Origin: Myxococcota bacterium
GTDB lineage: Bacteria > Myxococcota_A > Polyangia > Nannocystales > Nannocystaceae
Length of the DNA stretch: 64,000 nt
NCBI GenBank assembly: GCA_039028615.1
Contig: JBCCHT010000010.1
Span: 96,001 to 160,000, forward strand
Direction: 5' to 3'
The position numbers and the translations under genes are program-made. This document shows, piece by piece, positions 26,785 through 37,200 of this stretch; the first letter of the stretch is position 1, and the number at the start of each line of letters is the position of its first letter. The notes beneath the pieces were generated by a model. That model did no database searches. It was not told the origin of the DNA and saw only the letters and a list, made by a program, of their open reading frames with translations.

Positions 26785-29184
26785 CTACTGGATGGAAATA
26801 TCGCCGCCGTTGCAGTTGACGGTGCGACCGCTCCAGCTCGCGGAGTCGGCCACCAGGGTCGCGAAGTTGGTGCACATGTCCTGCGCGGTGGTGCCCGGCA
26901 CGACGAGCACCGGATCTCCCGCCGGATCTTGCGGCGCCGAGACGACGCCATCGAGCATGTACTGCGGCGTGTTGAGCAGGACGCCCGCATAGCGGCGTGC
27001 GGCGACGAGCGTGGCGGCTTCGCCCGTGTCGGCGACGGTGGCATCGAGCGAGACGCCCATGATGCCCTCGATGACCTGAATCTCGGCGTCGTTGTAGATC
27101 TCGGGCTCGGCGATGAGCCGGTCCTTGAGAGCGACGGCGACGTCCCACATCAACGCGCCGGGCTCGGCCCCCGCGGTGGCGACCAGGCTGGTCACGTAGT
27201 CGGCGGGCGCACAGTCGATGCCGAGCTGGCCGGTGAGCGGACCCGTACAGAAGCCGCCGAGGTTGGGGTTGAGACCCGAGGCGAGCTCCTCTTCCCAGTG
27301 CAGCAGGCCGTTGAAGTCGATGCCGTTGAAGCCACCCTCGGAGGAGTTGATCCAGATACCCGTGTCGCGCATGAAGTCGACGTTGGTGGGCTCGTCGACG
27401 CAGGCGTCGAAGAAGCCGGCGCCGCACAGCGTGTAGAACTGCGTCGGATCGTCGAGCGAAAAGTGCGGGTTGACCTGGGGCGGCGCCGCCGGGTTGTCGG
27501 CGACGTAGGCCACGAGGAAGGCGTAGGTCGTGCTGTCGCCGAACTGCTCGGGCAGCGGCCACCACATGGAGCGCATGGCCGACTGGATGAGCACCCAGGC
27601 GGAGTAGCGGTGCAGCATGTCGCCGACGCCGTTGCCCTTCTCTTGCGGATCGTCGGCCTCCTTGGTGAAGGGGTCGAACACCGCGGGCATGTGGTACGGC
27701 GTGGAGGCGCCGCAGCTGTCGGGCGGGGCCTGGTTGAAGTAGGGGTGCGTCGCGACCTCGGTGATGAGGGTGCGCAGCGAGTAGTCGCTGTTGTAGTAGG
27801 CCTCGGTCAGGCCGGACAGGGTGTCGCGCTGGTCGGTGTTCCGCGGGAAGCGGTTGGCGACGGTGAGCGAGTAGCCCATGGCCTCCTTCCACATCTCGTT
27901 GGCCTGGTTCATGGAGAACAGCACGGCCATGCCGACGTTGGGATCGTCGAGGTTGCCGTCGGTCGCGGAGATTCCCGAGCCGGCGAGGGCGTTGAGCCCA
28001 TCGCGGAAGCGCGGCTCGAGGTCGAAGAGGTTGGCGTAGGGCCCCTCGGCGAAGTTGCCCGACATGTACGGGATGTCCTCGTCGAGGCCGACGAACGGGT
28101 CGTTGAAGGCGTCGGTGCGGAACAGGCCGCAGTTGAAGTCGAGGCCCCAGGCCTGGATGCCCACCGCCTGCGCGGGGTTGCAGTTTTGGTTGCCGCTACC
28201 GCACCACGAGTAGTCCACGAAGCCCGCGTGCCGGAAGATGGCATGCACGTCGGCCTCGGAGACCGGGTTCTTCATGTCCATCTCGCCGTACACGGCGTGT
28301 TCGAAGTAGTTGCCCTCGAACACGGGGAAGTGGCGATCGTCGTCCGGGTTGTCGTTGTCGGTGATCGACCACTGCGTGGTGTGGCACTGCAAGCACTCGG
28401 TGGTGCGACCGAGGTACTGCGACTCGAAGAGCTTGCCGTAGTAGGCCCGGTTGGTGACCTCGATCTCCTCGCGGGTCACGTTGCCACCCGTGATCGGGGT
28501 GCCCATGCGAGCGAAGAGGTCGGCGCTGTAGGCCGGGGTCATGTCGTCGAGGCGGAGCGACGAGAGGATCACGTCACCCATGGTGACGTTGTTGAACTGC
28601 GGCGGATCGGCGGCGTCGGTGCTGCGGATCGCCTCGGCCAGGGCCGTGGTGGCATCGAGACCGGTGACGTCGGCGTAGCACTCGGGGTTGCGCTGGTCGC
28701 CGCGACGGTGGATGCGGAGCTGCTCGTAGTAGTAGTTGCGCCAGCGATCGAGGTAGAGGTCGCCCTGGGCCAGGCCGCGGGCCACGAGCTCGCGCCCGTC
28801 GAGGCCCAGCTCGTCGAGCTGCTCGATGGCGGACACCAGCACTCGTACCTCGCGGATGCTCTCGGCCTTTCGACCCTGGATGAAGGGGATGGCGCGCTTG
28901 ACCCAGGCCTCGTCGCCCGCGTCGCACAGCTCGGCCTCGGGGGGCTCGGGCTCGCCACCGTCGTCGCCGGCGTTGGTGGGATCGATGGGACCGTCGTCGG
29001 CAGTGCCGTCGGCGTCCCCGTTGTCGTCGTTGTCGTCGCCGTTGTCGTCGCCCTGGGAGCCGAACGCGGAGTCGTGCGGCGGCGGGGTCGAGACGTCGTC
29101 GCTGGGGCACCCGGTCAGCGCCAAGACGCACAGCCCGGTGAAGGCGGGGAGCGAGGAACGAAGCGTGAAGATTGAACGGTTCAT
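26785..29184 (-). CDS. Large lipoprotein with CXXCH, resembling DUF1549/DUF1553 (PSD) proteins
   Basis: AAAGGAG RBS; lipobox LTGC; DEAWVKRAIPFIQGR, YLGRTTECLQCH, ANEMWKEAMG, SDYSLRTLITEVATHPYF. Confidence 0.72.
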   Translation of the reverse strand: MNRSIFTLRSSLPAFTGLCVLALTGCPSDDVSTPPPHDSAFGSQGDDNGDDNDDNGDADGTADDGPIDPTNAGDDGGEPEPPEAELCDAGDEAWVKRAIPFIQGRKAESIREVRVLVSAIEQLDELGLDGRELVARGLAQGDLYLDRWRNYYYEQLRIHRRGDQRNPECYADVTGLDATTALAEAIRSTDAADPPQFNNVTMGDVILSSLRLDDMTPAYSADLFARMGTPITGGNVTREEIEVTNRAYYGKLFESQYLGRTTECLQCHTTQWSITDNDNPDDDRHFPVFEGNYFEHAVYGEMDMKNPVSEADVHAIFRHAGFVDYSWCGSGNQNCNPAQAVGIQAWGLDFNCGLFRTDAFNDPFVGLDEDIPYMSGNFAEGPYANLFDLEPRFRDGLNALAGSGISATDGNLDDPNVGMAVLFSMNQANEMWKEAMGYSLTVANRFPRNTDQRDTLSGLTEAYYNSDYSLRTLITEVATHPYFNQAPPDSCGASTPYHMPAVFDPFTKEADDPQEKGNGVGDMLHRYSAWVLIQSAMRSMWWPLPEQFGDSTTYAFLVAYVADNPAAPPQVNPHFSLDDPTQFYTLCGAGFFDACVDEPTNVDFMRDTGIWINSSEGGFNGIDFNGLLHWEEELASGLNPNLGGFCTGPLTGQLGIDCAPADYVTSLVATAGAEPGALMWDVAVALKDRLIAEPEIYNDAEIQVIEGIMGVSLDATVADTGEAATLVAARRYAGVLLNTPQYMLDGVVSAPQDPAGDPVLVVPGTTAQDMCTNFATLVADSASWSGRTVNCNGGDISIQ

Positions 29185-29200
29185 CTCGATGGCTCCTTTC

Positions 29201-30805
29201 CTAGACGTCGAGGCCCCACAGCTCGTCGCGGACACGCGCGAGTGAGTCGATCTCGTCGGGGGTGAAGCGAACGTCGGAGACGGCGTAGCTCTGCGACGAG
29301 AACGGGTAGATGCCCATGGCTTGGAGCAGCATGATGCGGTTCTCCTTGGGCGTGAGCAGCGAGTCGGTGACGTCGTTGGGAGCGTAGCCGCCGCTTTCCT
29401 CGGTGATGTAGCCGTAGATGGAAGCGCCGGGCGAGCGGGAGTCGCCGTCGCGGATGGGCCCGCCGATGACGACGTTGACGTAGCCGTAGGGCCAGTGGTT
29501 GGTGCCCGAGCTACCCGCGACCTGACGGTAGGGTGTGCGACCGAACTCCATGTTGAGCACGATCATCGTGCGATCGAGGTCGATGAGCTGATCGTCGTTG
29601 GCGGTGGGGTTGTTGGGGTCGCGAACGATCTCGGCGAGCCGCTGCAAGGTATGCGGCACGCTGCGCGAGCTATAGAGCACGTGCTCGTTGTGCACGTCGT
29701 AGCCGACCTCCGGGCGCGGGATGATGCCGGTGTCGATCCAGTTGACGTAGCGAGCGCGGTTGGTCTCGCGGGTCAGCAGGCTGCGGGCGACGTTGGCCAT
29801 CATGCCCGGCATGTCGACCTCGACCTCGTTCTGCACCTGCGGCGGCGCAGCGGGGCAGGTCGCGCCCGGGATGGGCTGGAACAGCGACTGCGGCAGCACG
29901 TCGATGAGCTCGGACGCGTTCTGCCGGGCGAAGTTGGCGAACTCGTAGTTGCCGCGCTCGAGCGAGCGCGCCACCTTGCCCACGCCGCCCTGACGGAAGC
30001 GGTTCTCGTAGGCGCGCTGGTAATAGGAGACGGCGGCGTCGAACGCCTCGGGGTCGCTCTGGTCGAGGCCGGGGCGCGAGAGCAGGTCGGCGAGCACCGA
30101 GTCGGCGGAGACGGTGACGTTGAGCGGCCGGGCCGAGCCGGGGTGGAAGCCGATGGTGGAGGCCGAGCTGACGTTGAACGCCGACAGACCCTCGCCACCC
30201 GGGTACAGGATGAACGAGTAGGGGACGGCTCGGCCGCCGCCCGGCTGCTCGCTGAAGTAGCGCTGGATGGGCGCGCCGATGCCCGCCATGCGCGGGTTGC
30301 CCAGCGCGAAGCCGGTGAACGACAGCGGGTTGGCGCCCTCGTGGGCGAGGACCTCGTGCCGCTGCACCAAGATCCGCATGCGGCTGGTGATGTCCGGGCG
30401 CTGCTTGAGCGGGTAGAGCCAGGGACCGAGGTTCACCGTCTCTCCACCGGCCTCGGCGAAGGGCGTGACGTAGTCGGTGTCCCCGTAGCCGCAGACCGCA
30501 TCGTAGAAGTTGCTCGGGCTGTTGACCGGCTCGTCCTCGAAGAGGTTGAGGAAGGTGTTGTTCCCCTGCCCCCAGCCGGGCACGGAGTAGAAGGTCTCCC
30601 AGGGCGAGATGCCGCCGTGGAAGGTCAGCTCGAGCACGCTCTCGGGGCGGAGGTCCTCGGGGACCATGAGGTCGAGGCGGTCCGAAGGCCACTCGCCCCA
30701 GCCGGCCGCGTTGGCCCCTCGCGGATACTTGAGAATGCCGAAGACACCCGCGCCTGCGGCCAGACCAGTGCCGGCCGCGCTCTTGATGAAGGTCCTGCGT
30801 TTCAT
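29201..30805 (-). CDS. Tat-exported DUF1501-family protein
   Basis: MKRRTFIK Tat signal; FHGGISPWETF, YDVHNE, RTMIVLNMEFGRTP, GTNHWP motifs. Confidence 0.85.
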   Translation of the reverse strand: MKRRTFIKSAAGTGLAAGAGVFGILKYPRGANAAGWGEWPSDRLDLMVPEDLRPESVLELTFHGGISPWETFYSVPGWGQGNNTFLNLFEDEPVNSPSNFYDAVCGYGDTDYVTPFAEAGGETVNLGPWLYPLKQRPDITSRMRILVQRHEVLAHEGANPLSFTGFALGNPRMAGIGAPIQRYFSEQPGGGRAVPYSFILYPGGEGLSAFNVSSASTIGFHPGSARPLNVTVSADSVLADLLSRPGLDQSDPEAFDAAVSYYQRAYENRFRQGGVGKVARSLERGNYEFANFARQNASELIDVLPQSLFQPIPGATCPAAPPQVQNEVEVDMPGMMANVARSLLTRETNRARYVNWIDTGIIPRPEVGYDVHNEHVLYSSRSVPHTLQRLAEIVRDPNNPTANDDQLIDLDRTMIVLNMEFGRTPYRQVAGSSGTNHWPYGYVNVVIGGPIRDGDSRSPGASIYGYITEESGGYAPNDVTDSLLTPKENRIMLLQAMGIYPFSSQSYAVSDVRFTPDEIDSLARVRDELWGLDV

Positions 30806-30829
30806 GGGCTCGCCCCTCCGATGCTGGAA

Positions 30830-31834
30830 CTAGAATAGATCGATGAAGCCCCAGCGTTCATGACGCCCGAGCACGGTGAGGCCGCCGTTGGTGAACTGCA
30901 CTCCGTCGGTGCGCTCACGCGCGATCACGAGATCGGCGGGGCCCAACGAAAGCGCACCGAGTTCGGCGGCGGGGATGACGTACTCGCCATCGTCGGCGGC
31001 GTGCACCGTGATGACGTTGGTTTCGGCGTCGATGACCCGAATGATGATGCGCGCCTCGGGATCGTCGCCGGCCTCCCACGAGACGGTGAGATCGGCATCG
31101 ACCGGCACGCCGAGGTTGAACATGGCGATGTCCGGCGCGGTGACGGTGAGCGCGGCGGGGGTGGTGACGCGCTCGAGCAGCACGTTGTCGGCGAAGGTCT
31201 CGCCGCCGTAGAGCACCACGTCGTAGGCGGTGCCGGGCAGCCAGTTCTCGGCCGGCGGCGAGCAGTCCTCGGGGACGCCCATCGCGGTGCTGCTGCGGTA
31301 CAGCGGGTAGTCGCCCGCGGGCAGCAGGCACGCCTGCAGCTCGGGACCGCCTTCACCTTGTCGGAGCTTCATGCCGTTGCCTGCGAGCACCCAGTCCGAG
31401 TCGCTCCCCCAGTCGTAGACGGGCAGGGCCTCGGCCGGTAGCAGGGTGTCGGGCTCGTCGGGTGGCGTGGGCAGCCCCAGCTGATAGGCGACGGGCGAGT
31501 AGAGATCTTCGGCGCCCTCCCAGCCGACCTCGGAGGTGCGATAGCCCCCGGCCAGCCCGACCTGATCTTGATCGAAGAGCGGGTGCGCGGGGGTATAGGT
31601 GACCGTCAGCAGGCCGCTGAGCTCGCCGGAGAACGCGGTGCCGGCCGATTGCTGCGAGTCGTCGGCCGCCGTCCCAGCGGTCGCGTCGGCGTCGTCGTTG
31701 CCCGTGGCTGGACCCGCGTCGGCGTCTTCGGCAAAGCCCGAAGCCATGGGCGTGCCCGTGGCCGATGGTTCGTCGTCGGGGCAGCCGGCGAGGCCCAAAC
31801 ACACGGAGCCGGCAATGAACTTCAAGCGTCGCAT
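30830..31834 (-). CDS. Hypothetical lipoprotein (beta-rich, Ig-like C-terminus)
   Basis: Lipobox LAGC, acidic linker, LTVSW..DDGEYVIPA; first gene of the DUF1501 operon. Confidence 0.72.
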   Translation of the reverse strand: MRRLKFIAGSVCLGLAGCPDDEPSATGTPMASGFAEDADAGPATGNDDADATAGTAADDSQQSAGTAFSGELSGLLTVTYTPAHPLFDQDQVGLAGGYRTSEVGWEGAEDLYSPVAYQLGLPTPPDEPDTLLPAEALPVYDWGSDSDWVLAGNGMKLRQGEGGPELQACLLPAGDYPLYRSSTAMGVPEDCSPPAENWLPGTAYDVVLYGGETFADNVLLERVTTPAALTVTAPDIAMFNLGVPVDADLTVSWEAGDDPEARIIIRVIDAETNVITVHAADDGEYVIPAAELGALSLGPADLVIARERTDGVQFTNGGLTVLGRHERWGFIDLF

Positions 31835-32148
31835 TGGCTAAGGGAGCGTGATCGAGCGGGCGGATTTCGGGACCCAACACGCCCCCTGCCCACACGTCCC
31901 CCTGAGTTTGTTGGCGCACACTTGGTAATTCAAGCTCCAGCTTGGCCAACTCGCTCACGCACGGCCGATCTGGGGCGTGGAACGGTCGGTCGTGCACACG
32001 GTTCCCCGCAAGCGACCTCCGCAAGGTTTGCGGGGCCGCAGGCGCTGGAGCGGACAAGGCGCCTCGGCTGTTCTGCGCAGGACCCGCGACTTCGACGTCG
32101 GGGAGCCCTTGATGCGCTACGACACGCTAGCCGGGGGTTTGTAGACCC

Positions 32149-33291
32149 CTAGAGGTCCCGTAGGCGCAGGTATTGGACCAAGCCCGCGTACATCTCGAGG
32201 TGATTCCAGTCGTTGCCGATGCCCGGCGAGTCGCCGAACAGATGACCGACCTCGTCGACGTGATCGGCGGGCACGCAGCCGAGGAACTCGCCCCAGCGCG
32301 CATCGATTGCGCGCACCAACCCGTCGTTGGGCTCTTGCGACAACACGCCGTCGCTGAGGATGGCTTCGGGGATCAGGAACAGGGGATCGGTAGTGTCCAG
32401 ATCGCCCTCGTAGTCCGTGATGAACAGCGGCGGCGGCGGGCTGTCGGGCTCGCACGCCTCGCCGCCCGCATGCAGACCCGTGCGTCCGGTCAGCGAGGTG
32501 TAGAGCACTCCCTCCACGTCGGGATAGGCCGCGTTGAACTCGACCATGCCCTCGTGGGACATCTGCACCATCGAATCGTAAAACGAGGTCTCGTTGCCCA
32601 GCTCGTCCCACAGCGGCTGACCCACCAGCTGCACGAGCCAGTCCACGATCGCGCCCGCGTTTTCGTTGGGCAAGATCCCCACCGCGATGTCGGCGATCGG
32701 GGTGCCGTAGTGCGGCGTGGCGACGGTGGTGATCGACGCGACTCGATCGGGCGCGAGGTGGGCCACGACGCGCGCATCGAGGCCGCCCTGCGAGTGGGCG
32801 ATGATGTTGACCTTGGCGCGGCCGGTCTGCTCGATGCAGTCGAGCAGCTCCTGGTGGAGGGCGTCGGCGCGATCGATCGAGTCGTTGAACGGATCGATCT
32901 GGCCGAAGCACAGCTCGGTCTCGCCGAGCGCGATCAGGTGACTCTCGACGTCGTACCAGTACTCGACGCCGCCCACTGGCTCGAGCTCGTCGAAGCCGAA
33001 GAAGCCGTGCGCGAACAAGATGGGGTAGGGCGCGCCCAGCAAGTCTTCGCCCGTGCTCTCGCCGCTGCCGTCGGCGGGCAGCCCTGTCGTGCCCGCGTCG
33101 CCGGAACTACCGTTGCCGTCGGCGACCGGTCCCGTGTCGTCCAGCGCAGTCGGAGCGCTCGGGGAGGACGTGGTGTCGTCGCCACCCGTGGTGCCGTTGT
33201 CGATGGGCGGCGGCACATCGGGAAAACCACAGCCCAGCCCCATCACCATGGCCGCCGCCACGGCACTCGACAACAACCCCCGTCCATCCAT
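32149..33291 (-). CDS. Triacylglycerol lipase (family I alpha/beta hydrolase), lipoprotein
   Basis: YPILFAHGFFG, AHSQGG nucleophile, TPHYGT, NDGLV, DHVDEVG. Confidence 0.92.
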   Translation of the reverse strand: MDGRGLLSSAVAAAMVMGLGCGFPDVPPPIDNGTTGGDDTTSSPSAPTALDDTGPVADGNGSSGDAGTTGLPADGSGESTGEDLLGAPYPILFAHGFFGFDELEPVGGVEYWYDVESHLIALGETELCFGQIDPFNDSIDRADALHQELLDCIEQTGRAKVNIIAHSQGGLDARVVAHLAPDRVASITTVATPHYGTPIADIAVGILPNENAGAIVDWLVQLVGQPLWDELGNETSFYDSMVQMSHEGMVEFNAAYPDVEGVLYTSLTGRTGLHAGGEACEPDSPPPPLFITDYEGDLDTTDPLFLIPEAILSDGVLSQEPNDGLVRAIDARWGEFLGCVPADHVDEVGHLFGDSPGIGNDWNHLEMYAGLVQYLRLRDL

Positions 33292-33383
33292 CGCGGGGAG
33301 TTTCGAGCCCGGGCCCGCGCAGCGTCAAGCGAAGTGGGCTCGGAGCCCACCCCGCAGGAGGTTCAATATGAAACGCCGGTAGT

Positions 33384-33408
33384 GGGGCCGCCGCTTCGGC
33401 CGGCCCCG
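33384..33408. terminator. GC-rich hairpin between co-directional genes
   Basis: GGGGCCG..CGGCCCC stem. Confidence 0.3.
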
Positions 33409-33423
33409 CTCGGTGACGCCCGA

Positions 33424-34077
33424 TCAGTCGACGCCGCCGCTACGACGGGTACGGGTGCGGGTGCGATCGTCGACGACCTTGATGACCTCGAGGTTCACCA
33501 GACGAAGCTTCCCGTTCTTCTTCTTGTTGACGTAGACGTCATTGGGCTCGCCGAGCGACTTCATCTTGCCCAGCTTCATCAGGTGACTCTTGGCCAGGCA
33601 GGTGTGATAGCTCTTGGGTTCGGCGTAGCCCTCGAAGGGGGGCGTCTGCATGAGGCGATAGAGCCCGTCTTCGTTTTGCACGAAGCCGAAGGCACAGTCG
33701 GGCTCGCTGCAGCTGGCGTCGAAGGTGACCCACAAAAGCTGCATCCCGTTGCTCTCGTCGACCTTGAGGATCTTCCCCGAGGTGTTCTTGGTGAGCACGT
33801 TCTTGAGCCGCTGCCGATCCGACTCCTGGCGGATCTGCTTGTCGACCTGGAACTGCTGATCGACCTGGGCCTCGTCGTAGACGGTGACCAATCGATGGCT
33901 GACGTAGACGCGCAGCGAGGGGACCCCGGTATCGGTCTTTCCGACTCGCTCGAGCTCGGCTTGTTTGAGCGCCAGACGCTTCGCACAACCACTGGAGGCA
34001 AGGAGAGCGAAGGCAGCGAGGACAACCGTCCCCGTGCGGCCGAAGGCCTTTGGCAGGGTCGAGACGAGGGACCGCAT
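33424..34077 (-). CDS. Basic hypothetical lipoprotein
   Basis: Signal peptide with SSGC lipobox; strong GC3 codon bias; no family recognised. Confidence 0.7.
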   Translation of the reverse strand: MRSLVSTLPKAFGRTGTVVLAAFALLASSGCAKRLALKQAELERVGKTDTGVPSLRVYVSHRLVTVYDEAQVDQQFQVDKQIRQESDRQRLKNVLTKNTSGKILKVDESNGMQLLWVTFDASCSEPDCAFGFVQNEDGLYRLMQTPPFEGYAEPKSYHTCLAKSHLMKLGKMKSLGEPNDVYVNKKKNGKLRLVNLEVIKVVDDRTRTRTRRSGGVD

Positions 34078-34231
34078 ATCGTTGGTGAGGGTTACTCCAA
34101 GGCCCTGTATCCGTCAAACGGCTTGTCATCCAGGCGCGAAGCCGGGCGCCGGCTAGGGGTCCGGGGAGCGGAAGCTGCGCATTTGTGGAGCAATCCGACC
34201 CCTCCTGGAGTGATACAACGGTCCTCGGTCC

Positions 34232-37200
34232 ATGATTCGGCTTTCGATCGCCGAGGCAGGCAAGCCTCCGCAACTCCTGACGTTCAATGCGTCGTCGATC
34301 ACGGTGGGTCGCGCGGCGACCAACGAGCTTTGCCTGACCGGTACGGGGGTGTCGAGTAAACACTGTCGCATCACCCGGCAGGGCGACGCCTTCTACATCG
34401 AGGACATGGGCTCGACCAACGGGACCTACGTCAATCGACAGAAGGTCCAGGCACCCATGCCGCTGGGGCCGCAAGACGAAGTGGTCATGGCGGTGTACCG
34501 CCTGCGGATCCTGGCCAACAACGAGACCGGTGCACCGCGACCGGTGACGGGCGCCCAGGCGGTGGTGGGACCTCAATCCGGCGTGGCGGCGACGCCGGGC
34601 CGCCGCGGCCACGCTCCCACGGCGCACGTGCCCGCGCCCAATCCAGGGCAGCCGATGCCGGGCCAGCGGAATGCCCCCTCGGGCGGGTATCCGTCGGTGC
34701 CTGGCTCCAGTCCCTCGATGCCGGGGATGCCGGGTCACCCTGGCTCTAGTCCCTCCGGGGCTCCGGTGACCGGTTACCCGGGATCGAGCCCCTCGGGCAT
34801 GGTCCCACAAGCGCCCAACCCCAACATGATGGGGAGCGGGCAGAGCCCGGTGAGCCAAGGGCCCGCGCCGGGGATGATGGGCAGCGGGCAGAACCCGGTG
34901 AGCCAAGGACCCGCGCCGGGGATGATGGGCAGCGGGCAGAACCCCGCCCAAGCTCCAAGCCAAGCAGGTGCCCAAGGCGGGCAAGACCTCGCCGGACCGA
35001 GCGGGCGCTCCCCCGTCGACAGCGACGTGGGCTGGGAGCGCGAGTGGCAGCAGGTCGAGAAGATGAGCCAGGCGTGGCTCGGCTCGGGCAAGAACAGCAG
35101 CGTGCTGCTCACCGGGGCCAAGCTCAAGCACGCGCGTCAGTGGCTGGCGCAGGGCCGGGGCAAGCGTCCCGCCCCGACCTCGCTGCATCGCGAGTTCATC
35201 GTGGCCGGGACCCGGGCCAGTCGCCTGCGCAGCTTCGGGCTGGCCACGGTGGGGCTGACCTTGGTCGCGGCCGTCGGCGTCGGCGGCTGGTGGTACTCGC
35301 AGCAGGCATCGACCGAGGGCGAAGGCGACGACGAAGGCACGACGACGCTGGTCGATGCGGGCGGCGGGAAGGGCCCCACCAATCGCAGCGGAGACCAGGG
35401 CGATCGTGGCCGCTCCGACGAGATCGCGGCCCAGGCCGAGGCGCTGCTCGAGGTCGACCCGCTGGTGGCCGCCCAGCTCGCCACCGAGGCCGTCGCCTCC
35501 CTGCCGCGCAACGAGCCCGCTCTCGATGCGCCCGCGTTCCGGGTGTTTCGCAAGGCCATGCGCAAGATGCCGGGCCGACCGTTGCGGGGCACTCGTCCGA
35601 TCAAGGCGGTCGCGCTGTCGCCCGACGGGCACTGGGCGATCACCAGCGAGGACGATGGCCGCGGCACGATGCGGCTATGGGATCTGTACAAGTCGGGCAT
35701 CCTGTCCCCGGGCTACCTGCGGGGGCATTCGCAGACGGTCTCGATGATGGAAGTCAGCCGCGACGGTCGCTGGCTCATCACCGCCGACTCCGATGGCCTA
35801 ATCCATCGCTGGAACCTGCAAGAGACGGATCCGTCGTCCACCGGGACCCAGCTGTCGGCGCACCGGGCCGCGATCACGGCGCTGTCGCTCAGCGGCAACG
35901 GGCGGTGGTTGGCCTCGGCCGACGACACCGGTCAGGTGCGGGTCTGGGACCTCGAGCCCACCTTGCCCTCCTCCGTGCTGATGACCAAGGGCCCGGAGGT
36001 CAAGGTCACCGACGTCGCCATCAACTTCGACGGCACGCGGGTCATCGCGTCGAGCGAAGACGGGATGGCGCGCAACTGGAAGCTCACCGACGGACGCCCC
36101 GGCCGAGCGCCGATCTTCGTGCGTCACTCCGAGGACGAGGAAAACCCCATCGCGGTGACCTCAGTGGGCGTGGCCAACGACGACTCGCAAGCGCTGACGG
36201 GCGTGTCCGACGGCACCGTGTTCATGTGGGTCCCGACCTCGCGGGCGCCGACTCGGAAGTGGGAGCCGCGGACGGGCCATAAAAAGGCCGTCAACCACAT
36301 GGAGGTCAGCGTCGACAGCTCGCTGGCCGTGAGCGCGGCCGAGGACAACAACCTCATCGTCTGGAACTTGGGCTCGGGCGCCAGCTCGGTGAAGATGTCC
36401 GGGCACACGGGGGAGATTCATCAGCTCGAGCTGTTCTCGATGCCGGCCGATTTCCCGGCGGGTCGTCGCCCGCCCACCACGGCTTTCAGCGCGAGTGCCG
36501 ATGGTACGGCGCGGAGCTGGAACCTCGACAATCGCAACGCGGGCATCGAGTCGCGGACCTTCACCGGGCATGTCGGTGGGGTGAACTCGGTGGCGGTCTC
36601 CGGCGACGGCCAGTGGGTCCTGACCGGCGGTGGCGGTGGCGTGGCGCGGCTATGGGACTGGCAGTCCGTGCCCGCGGGCGAGGAGTCCGACTCCGAGCTC
36701 CCCGAGGTCGGCAGCGCCTCGTTGGTGGCGCGCGGCCACGCCAAGGCGGTGGTCGCCGTCGGCATCGACAACTACGGGCGGCGCATGCTGACCGGCTCGG
36801 CCGACGGCACCGCGCGGGTCTGGGACCTGCGCAATCCCACGCGGGTCCACGCCATGCCGCTCAAGGACAAGCACGAGTCGCGGATCAGCGTGGCGGCGGT
36901 GTCCTCCGATCCGCGCTACGGCGTGACGGGGGACGACTCCGGGCGCCTGGTGCTGTGGCAGATCTCGCAAGACGAGCCGGCCGGGCTCGTGCTCGAAGGC
37001 CACGGCGGCGAGCTCACCGACGTCGAGTTCACGCCCGAGGGCGACCGCATGGTCTCGGTGAGCACCGACAACACGGCGCGGATCTGGACCATCGGCAAGG
37101 ACATCAAGGAGAGCGTCGCGGTCCTCCAGCACGCCGACGAGGTCACCCGCCTGGCGATCAGCGGCGACAGCAAGTGGCTGCTGACCGGGGCGCTGACCAA

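Noticed and set aside
31911..31928. TTGGCGCACACTTGGT as a sigma-54 promoter
   Set aside because: Lacks GC at -12 and points away from the adjacent minus-strand genes
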